Shown here piece by piece: positions 1-15,519 of a stretch of 64,000 bases of DNA (within the stretch, counting starts at the first letter, position 1; every line of letters starts with the position of its first letter). Origin of the DNA: the human T2T-CHM13v2.0 reference genome, Homo sapiens. The DNA is taken from assembly GCF_009914755.1 (NCBI RefSeq), contig NC_060944.1. The stretch is one strand, 5' to 3'. The translations under genes were made by a program, and so were the position numbers. The notes below the pieces were generated by a model. The model saw only the letters and a program-made list of their open reading frames with translations, did not search any database and had not been told where the DNA came from.

Positions 1-32
<32 letters not shown>
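1..32. repeat. (TA)n microsatellite, cut by window edge
   Basis: Pure TA dinucleotide run. Confidence 0.95.
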
Positions 33-37
<5 letters not shown>

Positions 38-961
38 CTGCAGATATACTGTGTGTCTGTTTACGTACTGTGGTCTCCTGGAGGGCCACAAATAGACGTA
101 ACAGCTAAGATGTTGGGGGCATCCTAAGAACCAATGTTCATTCCTGTGGGGGCTCTCTTGACCTGTTGAGAAATCATGACTTATTCCCATCAGAAAAAAA
201 TCCAAGTAGGCAGGGAAAAAGCAGTATTGTAATGAAAATGTAAAGCTATCTGATTTGACTCTTTGATGGAAGCGTAGTGACACACATAACTGCAAAAAAG
301 TGTTTCGCCAGAGCTATGCATTGATGTAGGTTCATGAAAATGGGAGCCCGAAATGAGGCAAAGGGGTTGGCAGGCAGAGAGCTTTCAACCCAGGCAGAGA
401 AGTGGCAGAGTCTTTTCTGTGCAACTAGAGCTCTCTGCTGGGCATTTCAGGAACATCCTCCAATAAATTGAATGCAGCCCATTCATTTAGCAGCTGTTTG
501 CCCAGCATCCATCACAGGCCGTGCACTGAGAGCTAGGCTTGGGTTTGTGGCCCAGCAAAGTTTAATAACTGGGTCAGAACCACACAGTGGTGAGAAGTCA
601 CAATGGCATTCAGAGTCACTTTTCTCTGACTCCAAAGCCCACAGTCCCCTCCTCTGGAGTTCCCAAGCCAGGTTCTTACTGGCTTTAGAGGGGAGTCCCC
701 TCCCTGGCCTCTGAGACAGAAAGGAAGATGAGGGGCAGGTAGGAGTAGGGTAGAAGTTTGGGATATTTAGGGCATTATCACCTGATGATTTCCCTTTTCT
801 CCTAGAAGTTGGAGCAGAAGAGGAGTGAGAATGACTTGGGTTAAGTCTTGCGGTGCTGGCTTTTTGCAAAGGGCTGTTCCACAAAGACTGAGAAAAAAAC
901 TGAGGCTCTGTAGAAACAGAGGCAGAAGTGGCAGAAGAAAATCTTGATGCTTCCCCAGTAA

Positions 962-1388
962 ATTCCCATCAATTGTAGAGGTTAAAGAAAATGTGGTACA
1001 TATACACCATGGATTATGTAGCCATAAAAAGGAACAAGATCCTGTCCTTTGCAGGGACATGGATGGAGCTGGAGGCCATTATCCTTAGCAAACTAACGCA
1101 GGAACAGAAAACCAAATACTGCATGTTCTCACTTATAAGTGGAAGCTAAGTGATGAGAACACATGGACGCATGGAGGGGAAAAACACACACTGGGGTGGG
1201 GGTCAAAGGGCAGAGGTGGGAAGAAGGAGAGCATCAGGAAGAATAGCTAATGGATGATGGGCTTAATACCTGGGTGATGGGATGCTCTATGCAGCAAACC
1301 ACCACGGCACATATTTACCTATGTAACAAACCTGCACATCCTGCACCTGTACCCCTGAACTTAAAATAAAAGTTGGAAATAAAAGAAA
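962..1388 (+). mobile_element. LINE-1 3' end (primate L1PA/PB-type), 5'-truncated
   Basis: Typical L1 3' sequence (gggacatggatggagctggaggccattatcct; ctatgtaacaaacctgcacatcctgcac) ending in AATAAA and an A-rich tail. Confidence 0.9.
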
Positions 1389-3380
1389 GAGATACTCAGG
1401 TAAGACTAAACCACACATGAGGAATTGGAACCAGGGTCCTGTGAGTCTAACTCGCATGGCTCAGGAGGGTTGGTTCCCCTAGGGAGCTGCTCCTTCCTCT
1501 TGGTGCAGTGTAGACAGGGTGTTAGGAAAGAGCCCCAGGCTCACTGAGGATGGCCAGGAGTAAACCTGCCATGGCTCTAGAGGTCCCCAAGGCAGGCAAC
1601 GGATGAGAGCAAGACAGTTTCTCACTCCAAGCGCAGCAAGCAGCATGTGCATCTGCAGAGCTGCGCTGGTTTCCCTGCCCTCAGGTCCCACAGGCGACGC
1701 CATGGGCTCGGATGGATGCTACCCACTCCATGGGCTGCCGTGAAGCTGTGGAACTCAAGGCCAAAGGTTCAGCATACTTTGAGAAAGCAGCAAACACTGT
1801 GGCAAGCAGCAAATAAGCCAGTCTCTCCCCTAGGGAGCAAGCAGTGACACAGGAAACACACGGAGGTCTCCTCACTCAGTGTACAGGGGCCTGCGTGACT
1901 AGCTGCTAGTTGTTTATTACCTGTGAGCAACCGGAGACATTATGAAGACAGCCTGAGGTCTCATCCAGGGGCAAGGGAAGAACTAGCCCTATAGAACAGA
2001 TTTAAAGGGACAGTGGAAAATAAAAATAAAGCTGCTTTATAATTTTATACCATGAGTACCATGAGTCATGTTTGGTCAGGACATGGCTGGGACAGCCTTG
2101 CTGGGAAGCAGTGGGTGATGTGGTTCCTCGCCATGGATGAGCACCCTAGTGGGCTAAGGTGCACTAAGTCAGTGCCTAGGGTCCACGCGAGTAGTATCCA
2201 TGGAACCCCATGCAACACCAGTGCCAAGGACCAGTTTCTCCCAGGAGCAGGAGGCAAGATAATTATTGAGACAATCTCTACCAAGATGGGATGGAGAAAC
2301 AGCATTCTCTCCCCACCACTGCCTCAGCAGTGCATCTGTGCACCCCTCCGTCCCCCAAGTTCAGCATTCATCCTAAAGAGGAGGAGGTGAAAGGAGAAAA
2401 AACAATTCTGACTGTGTCTGAGTTCTCCATCTGAAAAGACTCAGAAGTCTCTGAATTTGATTTAGTTTATCAGTATGGGACTAGATTAGGCCTTCTTCAT
2501 AAAGCAGAATGAGGATGCAGAGTCAGACATGCAGCTGCTTGCATAACTAGCTACTAGTTGTTTATTACCTAAGAGCAATCATAGAGGTTATGGGGACTGC
2601 CTGCCTGAGGTCCCATCCAGGTGCAGGGCGAGGGCTAGCCCTATTGTACAGATTTAAAGGAATAATGGAAAATACCACACCAATTGCACTCCTAGACATG
2701 TATCCCAGAGAAATGAAAATTTATGTTCACTCCAAAAGATGGACATGAGTGTCCATAGCAGCTTTATTTGTAACAGCCAAAACTGAAACAATCTAGATGT
2801 CCTTCACTGGGCAAATGGTTGGTTAAACGAACAGTGGTGCACACGCACTGGGGAATACCACTCAGTGATAAAAAGGAAAGTCATGTTGTGGAAAGTCATT
2901 TTGGGGGGCCATGATTTTGAAAATCTGTATTCACTACAAACATAAGGTAGATGCCTCAGTGCTGTAGGTGATTTATTTCTTTTCTTTTCCTCTTCCCTTC
3001 TCCATCCCAGTAGTAACAGCTAACCCACATTGTGCGTGGATCATTGCCAAGATCCCTTTTTAATATATTAAATTTCATTTTTAGATAATTGTAGATTCAC
3101 ATGCATTTGTATGAAATGATACAGGGAGATCCTGTGTACCCTTAACCCAGTATGCTCCAGTGGTAACATCTTGCAAAACAATATCACAGCCAAGATATTG
3201 ACAATGATACAGTCAGGATACAGAACATGTCAATCAGCACCAGCATCCCTCATGGTGCCCTGTTGTAGCCACCCTCCCTTCCTTCCAATCACACCCCCTC
3301 TTTAGCTCCTGCAACAACTTATCTGTTCTCCATTTGTAAAATTTTGTCATTTCAAGAATGCTATATAAACAGAATGATAC

Positions 3381-4353
<973 letters not shown>

Positions 4354-5675
4354 ATACAGTATGTAACTTTTTTGACTCAGCACAATTCTCTGGCGATTCA
4401 TCCAGGCTGTTGCACGTATCAGTAGCTCATTCCTTTTGATCACTGAGTGGCATTCTATGGTATCCACGCACCACAGTTTGTTTAACCCAGTGAAGGGCAT
4501 CTAGATTGTTTTCAGTTTTGGGTTATTACAAATAAAGCTGTTAGGTACATCCATGTCTATTTTTTAGAGTGAACACAAATTTTCATTTCTCTGGGATAAA
4601 TGCCCAAGATTGAAATTGCTGGTTCTTATGGTTGTAGTTGCGTAGTTTTTAAAGAAATTGTCAAACTGTTTTCCAGAGTGGCGGTACCATTTTACATTTT
4701 CATTAGCAATGTACGATGGTCTCGTTTCTCCACATCCTCACCAGCATTTGGTGTTGTCACTATTTTTTATTTTAGTCATTCTGATGGGGATGCAGTTATA
4801 GCTCATTGTGTTTTTAATTTGCACTTCTCTAATGGATGTTAAACATCTTTTCATGTGCTTACTTACTATCTATATATCTTTTTTGATAAAATGTCTTTTG
4901 CCCATTTTCTAATTTGATTTTTTTTTTCTGTTAAGGTTTGAGAATTCCTTATATCAGAGGATATATAATAATATTTGCAAACCATTTATACAACAAAGTA
5001 CTGGTACATTTTAGGTACTAGTTCTTTGTTATATGAATGGTTTGCAAATATTTTCTCCCAGTGTGTAGCTTGTCTTTTCATCCTTGTAGCAAGGTCTTCT
5101 GAAGCACAAAAATTTTAATTTGATGAAGTTCAATGTTTCCTTTTATGGATTGTGCTTTTGTTGTCAATTCTTTGCCTCACTATCTAGATCCCAAATATTT
5201 TCTCTTATTTTTTTTGAAAGTTTTATCTCTTATAATTTAAATCTGAGATTGATTTCAAGTTAATTTTAATGTAAGGTGTGAGACCTAGGGTGAAGTTCTG
5301 TTCTTTCTCTCTTTCTTTTCTTTCTTCTTCTTCCTTCTTTTTTCTTTTTTTGCTCATAGATGTCTTACTGTTCCAGCACCACCTTTTTTGTTGAAAAGAC
5401 TATCCTTTGTCCACTGAATTGCTTTTGCACTTTTGTAAAATGTCAGTTGGACATATTTGTGTGGGTCTATTTCTGGATTCTTTGTTATATTCCATTGATC
5501 TATGTGTCTATCCATCCTCCAATACCACATAGTCTTGATTACTGGAAACCGATTCCTCCCATTTTATTATTCTTTTTCAAAATTATGTTAGCTATTCCAG
5601 TGCCTTTGCCTTTCCATACAAACTTTCAGATGATGTTGCCTGTATCTACAAAAAATCCTGCTGAGATTTTGATAG

Positions 5676-6223
5676 TGTTACTAGGGCAGCCCCAGAGATA
5701 CAGCCGAAAAAGCTCATTATTTTCTTAAACAGTAGATAACTGAAAAAACTCATTTTTTTTCTTAAATTTTTTCTATTTCTTTATCTATAGGTAAGCTTGC
5801 TTAAAAGAACTCCAGATGGCCCGGGAGCTGCAGGACCCTTTGCCAATTATCAGAGGAAGATAAGGCCTGTGTGAAACCGGGACAAACCTGAACCAGCGAC
5901 CCCGTGTTACCTTTAGATCATTAACATATCATCATAATGCTAAAACCTCACCCATAGAAGATAATTGCTGCCATTTTCTGAATATACATTATATGAAGAA
6001 GCATGTTCATGATCTGCACCTGCACATCTGGAGTTCCTCCCCATACATGTTTACGTACCTCCCTGCCCCACATCTAACTCCTTAAAATCCCCCAGCTTCT
6101 CATATCTCAGGGAGAAGGAGTCTTTAGAGAAAGAGCTCCCTCCTCCATTCCTGGCCAGGAATAAAACCTGCTTGCCTTTTTTCCCAATTAGGTGTTACAG
6201 TAGAACTCAGTTACCCTGTAACA
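5676..6223 (+). mobile_element. Solo ERV1-class LTR
   Basis: TGTTA...TAACA termini, near-TSD ATAG/ATAA, AATAAA at ~6159; interrupts the L1. Confidence 0.8.
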
Positions 6224-7092
6224 ATAAGAATTGCATTAAATCCTTATATCAACTTGGGAAGAATTGACAGCTTTACCATATTAAGTCTTCTAATCCATAA
6301 ATAAGTATGTTCATCCATTTTTTTAGATTTTTGAAATTTCTTTCATCAGCATTTTGTAGTTCTTTGCCTCACTATCTAGATCCCAAATATTTTCTGTTTT
6401 TTTTTTCTGAAAGTTTTATCTCTTACAATTTAAACCTGAGTAGTTCTCAGCATGCAAGCCCCATACATGTTTTGTTGGATTTAAATTTAAGTACTTTGGT
6501 TTTTGATAAATTGTAAGTGCTACTGTATTTTAAGTTTCAGTGCCCATGTGTTCCTTGCTGGTATAAAGAAATACAACATATTCCTGCAGTCTAGCTGAAG
6601 TCACTTATCAGCTCTAGGAGTTTCTGTTTTTTGTTTTATTTTTGGTAGATCTTTGAGATTTCCTACTTTGATAAGCATGTTATCCACGAATAGGGACAGT
6701 TTTATTACTACCTTTCTGATCTGTATGCCTTTTATTTCCTTTTCTTACCTTATTGCATTGGGTAGAACTTCTAACACTGTTTAACAATAATGGTAAGAGC
6801 AGTCATCCTTGCCCTTTTCCTCTTCTCAGGGGTACAACCATTCAGTCTTTCACTGTTAAGTATGATGCTGGCTGTGGAGTTGTTATAGATGCTCTTTAAC
6901 AAGTTAGGACAAATTCCCTCTATTTCTCTTTTTCTGAGCATTTTTAAAACCATGAATGGGTATTTTGTGAAATGCTTTTTCTGTATTGATTGGTAAGATC
7001 AATTTTCTTTTGTATCCAGTTAGTATGTTGGATTATGTTGACTGATTTGTGAATAGTAAAACTGCCCTGCATTCCTGCAGTAAGCTTCGCTG

Positions 7093-8222
7093 TGTTACAA
7101 GATCTTTGGGGTGTTGCTTTTCTGGCCAGAAACCTCTGTGGCCAGTGGTGCCTTTGCCCAAGTTTTGTTTGGGCTCACTGGGCTCATTCCGCCCACTCGG
7201 CCTGGCAGGCTGTGCTCAGCTCATGCTACCAGCCTGGACCCCATGTCTGCCAAAGGCAAGTCAGGCATGGAGTGGCAAGGGGTGTGTGAGTGAGCGTGGG
7301 GTCTGGCCACTGTGCAGTCAGACATGTCAGCTGCTGCAGTGGGGTGGGCAGCTCCAGGTGCTGGCACAGGCACTAGTCCTCTGTGAGGCTGTGGCTGAGC
7401 CAGGCACACTGCACGCAGCTTCCACAGCTGGTACTGGGGAACAAAGTGGTGCCTGGAGGCTTGGAGATGCCAGGAACCACAGGGCTCCCAAGAAAGAGTC
7501 ATAGCCCTGGCTTGGGGAGCTCCCAGGTCTGGGCTTCCCGAAGGGCCATAGCTATTCTTTCTTTCTCTTCACCCTCAATGTAGTGAGCAAGGGGCATGTT
7601 TCAACCCTGTTTGTGTTACAGCTCTTTTAGCCCTACCATTCAATGGGTCCCAAGTTCTTGTCCTATAACCAGGAAGAATGAGGTACCCAGACAAGTGGAG
7701 GGTGAGCAAGATGAAAAGGAGCTTTACTGAGCGACAGAACAGTTTGGAGGAAACCCGCAGTGGGTAGCTCCTTTCCACAGCCAGGGTGTCCTGATGAGTG
7801 TTCAGCTCCTAGCAAAGAGGAGGCCCTGGAGTGGGAAGCTCCTCTTTGCATGCAGGTGGTCACATTGTCTCTGCAGCTCTCAGCAGAGAGGAGGCCCTGG
7901 AGTGGGTAGCTCCTCTCTGCTGTTGGTCATCCTAATGTCTGCTCAGCTCTGGTTGAGCGCAGGGGTATTATGGGCTTCAGAGGGGGGAAAGTGTATGCCA
8001 ACTGGTCCATGGGCAGGCCCAGAAAAGGCACCACAAGCTCCCACTCTGGTCTGTGGGGCTGGCAGCCCGACGCCAGCCTTCAGGCCCTCCCTGGCCTGAA
8101 GGTGGGGCCTCACTGGGGACCTGCCCCCTTCTGCCCAGGAGCCCATCTGCCTCCTGCCACTGCACATGGCACCCAGGCTGCTCACAGCAAGGGGCACCTA
8201 CAGGCCAGGGCAAGCCGCCCTC
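7093..8222 (-). mobile_element. MER52-like LTR, partial
   Basis: Begins tgttacaagatctttggggtgttgcttttctggccagaaacctctg, matching my recollection of the antisense MER52 3' end; GC-rich with internal 'gaggccctggagtgggtagctcctctc' repeats. Confidence 0.75.
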
Positions 8223-11200
8223 AACTTCGTCATTGTGTATACTTTTTTTTACATTGTTGAATTCTACTTGCTAATTTAAAAAAATGTTGCATCTATATTC
8301 ATGATATTAGTCTTTTGTTTTTTGTACTATCTTTTTTTTTTGGTTTGAGTATCAGATTTAGTACTAGCTTCATAAAATAAATGGGAAAGTCTACTCTCAT
8401 CTTCAATTTTCTGGAAGAGATTTTGTAGAATTAGTGTTAATTCTTTTTTAAACTTTTGGTAGAATTGTCCAGTGAACTCTCCTGGTCTAGGAGCTGTTTT
8501 TAAATTTTAGTTTTAAAATTACAAATTCAACTTTTAAAATTCCATTTCATACTGGGTGAGTTGTAGTTTTTGAGGAATTGGCCTGTTTAATTTAAGCTGT
8601 CAAATTTATGTGGGTAGAGTTGTTTGTAGTATTCCCCTATTATCCTTCTGATGTACACAGAGCCTGTAGTGATATCCCATTTCATCCTTGATGTTTCATT
8701 CCGTTTCACCCTCTTTCTTTTCTCTCCTTATTACTGGTTGTGGGAATGGGAATTCCAGCTTCTCCCTAGGCCTCTACTAAGACCTCCCTGACTTGGGGGA
8801 CAGTTGGGTGGGGCGGCTCATGACTGCTCCCCAAGGGGCCTCCACTGACACAAGGGGTGGTGGCCTCATTACCACTAGTTGGTGGTGAAAGTCCTGATCC
8901 CCCTCTGGGTTTTCTGGTACACTGCCCCAGCAGAGCAGAGAGGGGCACCTCATGACTGCTGGATGGGAGTGGAAGTCCAGACTCCCCCACTGTCTTCACT
9001 GATATTGCAGGGAGCCCATGGGGAGAGTTGGGGTGCCTCTTTACAGCCTGGTGTGGGTGGAATTCTAGGATCTCCACCTCTGCCTTTGCTTGTGTGAGTG
9101 TGGGTAGGGCCACAGTCTTTCTGTGGTGTTCGGCTGGAGTAGAGAGGTTATTGTCTCAAGGTTTTCTGTCTCGTAAGGCTGCCCATTTTCTGCTTTCTGT
9201 TTTGTTTTTGCTTTGTATAGAGGGAGTAGGCTTTTGATGGGGCTTTTCCCCCCATCTCAAACACTAGAATTTCCAGGTCGCGAGCTTCTTCAGTTCTAAG
9301 TCTGGGATATATGAGGCAAAATGAAAGCCAGGAGAATGCACTATGCGGTCCCAAGTTTCCTAGCTGGTCTGCCTTCTTTTCTCAACTTTTCAGAATATTT
9401 TTATACTTGCTTTACATACAAACTAAATCTACTGAAAAAATACAATAATCAAAATAAATGGATGGGCTCAATAGCCAATAGAGGAGACAGAGGAAAAAAA
9501 AATCACTGCACTGAGAACTATAACTAGAGAAATCACCCAGACTGAAAAACAGAGAGAAAATAAATGGAAAAAAATGAATGGAGCTTCAGGGACCTGTAAC
9601 ACTATCACAGGGTCCAGTGTTTGTGTCATCGAACTTGCAGAAGGAGAAGAGAAAGAAGACAAGGCTGAAAAGGTATTCAAAGAAATAATGGCTGAAAGTT
9701 TCCCAAATGTTCAGAGTTTTTAGTTGTCCTTACTGGGAGGAATAGGGAGAAGCGTGTCTGCTCTATCTTCCTGAAAGCTAAAGAACCAAGCACTGCTGGA
9801 TGGGGACCCAGGGTCTCCAAGCTGAGAAGAACACTGATAAGGCATGCACGGAAGCAGTCCTGGGAGGACTCTGCCACAGGCACAAACACCACTGGACACC
9901 CAAAGTCATACTGCTGGGCGCTGGAGTCCATTGCTTCTTCTGAGAAGAATCGCTAACTTTTCTCGGGTCTTTGTACCTTTAGCCCCTGATTCAAAGTCTT
10001 AGGGAGGCTCACCTAAGTGGCCAGTCGCAGGGAGTGTGCCCAGCCCTGCCTGTCAGCAGGTGTGGAAAGGAAATGTACAGCATCCTGCAGCATCCCTGGT
10101 GGAAGCTGGAGCCTGTCTTCCATTAAGCCGTACTCACTGTGGGATTCCTCAATTTGTCCAATTAGGAGGTCAGTGCATGAGGTTGCTGTACCCTCATACC
10201 CCCGCAACACTCAGTTTTACTGAACTTCCTAATATTTGCCAATATAATAGGTGTAAAATTATATCTCATTCTTGCATCAATTTGCATTTCTGGGATTATT
10301 AACATTTGTGAGCACCTCTCATATGAGTGTTAGCTTTTGAGAGTTCTCATTCTGTAAATTGCCTGTTTATATCCTAGGTATATTTATGTTTACTGTGCTT
10401 CTGAATGGGAGCTTATTTTCCTGAGTCTTACAGACATTTGAGACAGTTACATTATAAAAGTATATTGCTGAGTGAAGGGATAATCATAAGACATAGTTCT
10501 TTAATAATTCCAGATTTGAAAAACAACCATATTAAATGTTATTATTTGTGGGAGGTGAGATTATCTGACATTTGTTTCTTTTTCTTCTCTTCTTTCTTCC
10601 TCTTCCTCTTCCTCTTCTTCTTCTTCTTTTCTTTTTTTTTTTTTTTTTGACAGAGTCTCGCTCTGTCACCAGGCTGGAGTGCAGTGTTGTTTCTTCTTTT
10701 GAATGGATACATTCAACTTTACCTGAGCTCTTTGCTCCAGGAAAATAGGAATGGATAAGAAATGCTCCACTCTTGTGTGTTTCAGGAAATGGTTAATTGC
10801 AAAAAACACGCCTTCCCTATATGGCTTAGACCGCCCTTCCCTTAATGACTCCCTTGTGTTATAAAACCCCAAGTCTTTTTTAAACATGTTTCTAATTAAT
10901 GAACATTCTCTCTATTGCAGTAGCCTACATACAACCATCTCCTTAATTGTCAGGTGCATATGTCCTACACACATTTTATTTTTTTAAATATAATTTTCAT
11001 ACATAATGATTGCAGTTTCTATAAACTTTTGAAAAGTACTGGTCAAGTATTTTGTAGAATATCCCTCAATTTGGGTCTGTCTGATGTTTTCTCATGATTA
11101 GGCTAGAGTTATGCATTTTGGGAAAGAATGTCATGGAGGTGATGTATCCTTCTAATCACTTCATATCAGGGAGCATATGATATCCACATGACTTGTCACT

Positions 11201-11560
11201 GGTGTCATTAACCTTATCACTTGGTTCTGGTAGTGTCTGCCAGGTCTCTTCACTATGAAGGTACTATTTTCCTCTTTCCATACTCTATTCACCAAATATA
11301 AGTCACCAAGTGCAGCCCATACTCAAGGGGAGGGAATAAAGCTCCTCTTCCTTGTATCAGAATGTGTAAAGATCTCTTAGGCTTTAAAATCTATATATTA
11401 TTCAGTTGCTTCTCCTGTTCCGCTTTTTATTTATTAAGGAACCAGATCCTTTGTCCTACTTCCCCACACCTAGGCTTGCTGATTGCATCTCTGAGAAGTC
11501 ATGCAACATGTTCCTTTGTTCCTGCCATTTCATGTACATTGGTACCAGAGGCTTGATTAG

Positions 11561-11856
<296 letters not shown>

Positions 11857-11959
11857 CTTGATCAGATTTAGATGCAAGTTTTGAACATGAATATATGGTG
11901 GTACATTCTTTCATCAGAAGGTAGGTAATTATTGTTGCTTCCCCCATGTTTTTTGAGAC

Positions 11960-12238
11960 AATTGTTTCTGAGACATCTGTAGCCAAGGCTGGAGTACAGT
12001 GGCCTTGGCTTACAGCAGCCTTGACTTCCTGGGTTCAGGTGGTTCTCTCACCTCAGCTTCTCAAGCAGCTGAGACCACAGGTGTGCACCACCACGCCCAG
12101 CTAATTTTTTTGTATTTTTAGTAGAGACAGTATTTCGCCATGTTGCCCGGGCTTGTCTTGAACTCCCGGCCTCAAGTGATTTGCCTGCCTTGGCCTCCCA
12201 AAGTGCTAGGATTACAGGTGTGAGCCACTGTGCCTGGC
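11960..12238 (-). mobile_element. AluJ-like
   Basis: Diverged antisense Alu. Confidence 0.85.
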
Positions 12239-12671
12239 CTCCCGCTTTTTTTTTTTAATGTTAGCAGCTGTTGATGATCATTGCCCAGCTCCACTAATGC
12301 ATTAGGGATTACACAATGGTAATATACTTATTTTAACATGATTTCTTCATTTGCTGGTTGTAATACTTCTGGCAAGAGAAACATTCCCCTCACAATTATT
12401 TGGTTACTCTGAGGAACGGTTCATACAGGAAAGGCAGTATTCATGATTCTTTCCCTTTATTTTCCGGTTTTCAAAGCATCCTCCAAAGGTGACCAATGCT
12501 TTCCTTTTGAATGATTGTTTTTGTTGTTTTTTTGCATTCCCAAAAGAAATGCTACTGATTATGGTTATTATTCTTTCAGTACCTTGTTGGATTCTATTTC
12601 CTAGAGTTTTATTTAAGTGTCTCATGTATATTAATAGATGAAATTGATTTATATCTTGGGGTGACTTCCAG

Positions 12672-12676
<5 letters not shown>

Positions 12677-12716
<40 letters not shown>
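12677..12716. repeat. (CA)n microsatellite
   Basis: About 20 perfect AC units. Confidence 0.95.
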
Positions 12717-12719
<3 letters not shown>

Positions 12720-13567
12720 TTGTGTTCAAACTATTTCTAATTATAATCTCTGTGGGTACTGAAAGAATCATGCATTTATGGGGATGAAAAAAATTACCTT
12801 TGAGAGCAAGCATTCAGTGTACCCAATAAAGCAGAAACTCTTGCATAATCACAAATAAAGGTGCCACAGAAATTTATGGGAAATGCGGTCTTGCATTGCC
12901 CAGAGGAAGTCACCAGGGACAGATGTTTAGTAGCTCCTCCTGCACACATACAGTTCCATTTTAGGGAAAGAGGTTGCTCTTGCTCTGTCTACAGCCTTAT
13001 GGGGGAGACTCCACATCTTTGTCCATCCAAAGTATTGGTCCTAGGAACCAAACTGAAAGTGCCTTGAAAAGGACATTTGCATAGAGATTGGGGGTGGAAG
13101 GGGGAGAATGTCAGGTGGAATTGACTTGTGCTCCTGTAAGGTAGAAACAACACACTGAGGAATCGTATTAAGTGCTCCCAGACTGTCCTAGACTTGGTCT
13201 CAAGGGAATGGCAGGCAAGAGAAGGCCTTGGCTTCCTATCTGCTGGGTCCAGGGCTGGAAAGTGGGCATTTGCTTCCTTCTCTGGAACAGGGTGCTGGAT
13301 GGGAGGCCAGGAATGTGCATCAAAGTGCACAAGAGATGATTCTAGAAACTCTGCTCTTGCCAAGTATAGCCTGGCCAGCATGCAGCCTGGTACTCTAAGA
13401 GGTAAGTTCCTCGAGAGCAACTAGGAAGAGCATTAATATTTTGTGCTGATTTGGAAGAGGCAAGGAGAGTGCAAACTGATGTAACGAAGGTCAGAAATGT
13501 AGATGCCAGAGACCTGTGTGCAAGTCAGGGTCTCTATGGGATCTGGGCTTCTCTATAACTCCAGTAA

Positions 13568-13856
<289 letters not shown>

Positions 13857-15519
13857 TAACTCCAGTAATTTTAAGGAATATCTATCAGCCTTGTTTTCCT
13901 CATCTTTAAGATGAGCATGGAAAGAGAACTTATCTTGTAGGCCTGTTTTGGAGATTAAATGTGATATGGCATGCATACCTTTGCTTGCACATAACAAGAT
14001 CCTAATAAAAGCCATTGCTTCTATTATGCAAGATACTTTGCTAGGTTCTTTTAATTAAGTGTACCAATGAACATGTTTATTGTGAGGTTAGTACTGATAT
14101 CTTATTATTTTATGTCATCTTTATTTTAATAAGAAAATGGATGCTCAGAGAAGTGAAGCCAGTCATCCAACATTAACAGGTAGGTGGCGGAAGTGCTGGG
14201 GTTTTAAATCCCAGAACTGCTTTCCATCCCGTGTTGTGCTTCGCCAATACGCCATATTGCCAAAAACCCAGACTTGGATGTTAACTGTCTTTGAATTCTT
14301 CACAGCACTCAGCCCCATGAAATGATCTTAATGACTCCACAAGAAATAAATGCTGAAGAAAAATGGACTCCAGCCTCCTAGGCCCAGGATTTCTTGATGT
14401 TTCTTTGGTGTTTGGGAGGACACTGTATTTCTGCAGCTTCAGGATGGCTTATGTACTCTCTGGCCTGTATTTGTTCCTAGCACCCCTGGTTTGAGTTTAC
14501 CAGAAGCCAGTGTGAGATTCAGGGGCCAATGTGTACTATCAGCGACAAATATTGGTTATCAGGTGAGAGGTCCTGTCTAAAGTGAAGCTGTGCTTGGAGC
14601 TCAGATACTGACTCCATGTGAATGCAATGGATCTTGTGTGTTAGGAGGACAAGACTCCTGGAATAGAAATTCAGTGAGACCTCACACCAGAGCTCTAGGC
14701 AGGGGTGGAAAAGCCCCAGGCAAGGAGCTGGGCTATAAACAATTCTTGATCCTTCTGTTCAGAGTGTGCAAAATTTGCATGGTGTTACCCCATGCAGAGA
14801 CAACTTGGGTTGTGTGCCAATGGACGTTTCAGGGCACTTCTCAAAGGAGGGAGCTAAGCTGAGGGGCTTGGCAGGGGGCAGACTCCACAATAAAAGGCTT
14901 ATTGGATGTCTGTGAGGGTACACTCAAGACAGGAGAGAGTCAGCAGGCCCAGCTGAGAAAATTCAATCTCAACCTTCTCTAAAGACATTCTCTGAAGACA
15001 CATGCTTTATTTTCCACTCATTCTTTCCTGATCTGAGCTGGCCCTACACTCATATTATATCCATCATTGTCTTTGGCTTCTAAGGATGTGCTGATTGCCC
15101 TATAGATTGACATACAAAGTTCAGAACGATAAAAATGGAAAGGCATTATAGTATTATCTAAATATGCCTCCTCAATTTAAAGATTAATAAAACTGGGCTA
15201 GACTAGGTCACACAGTTGGTTAGAGGCAATGTCAAGATTAGAAGTTGCCCCATTCTCAGTGTGCTGTTCATCATTCCAAATAAAATCAAAATAAGATATC
15301 TTTAAAAGTTTCTCACTAGAAATGATGATGAAGAGAGCACCATCAATAAAAGAGACAGACGTGCCTGAAAGCTCCTTCCCTGCCCTGCCCTTTCCAGTTT
15401 CCTGTGGATTCTCAAGACCATGAAAGGTTAGAAATGTTAGCTGCAGAGAGAAAAGAAACATAACATGAACATATTTTCCTATCAGTGGATTTTCCCCTAC
15501 AAGATCATTTTTGAAGAAG

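Noticed and set aside
7049-8274. Cluster of overlapping ORFs up to 151 aa
   Set aside because: They lie in a GC-rich MER52-like LTR and show no protein motifs.
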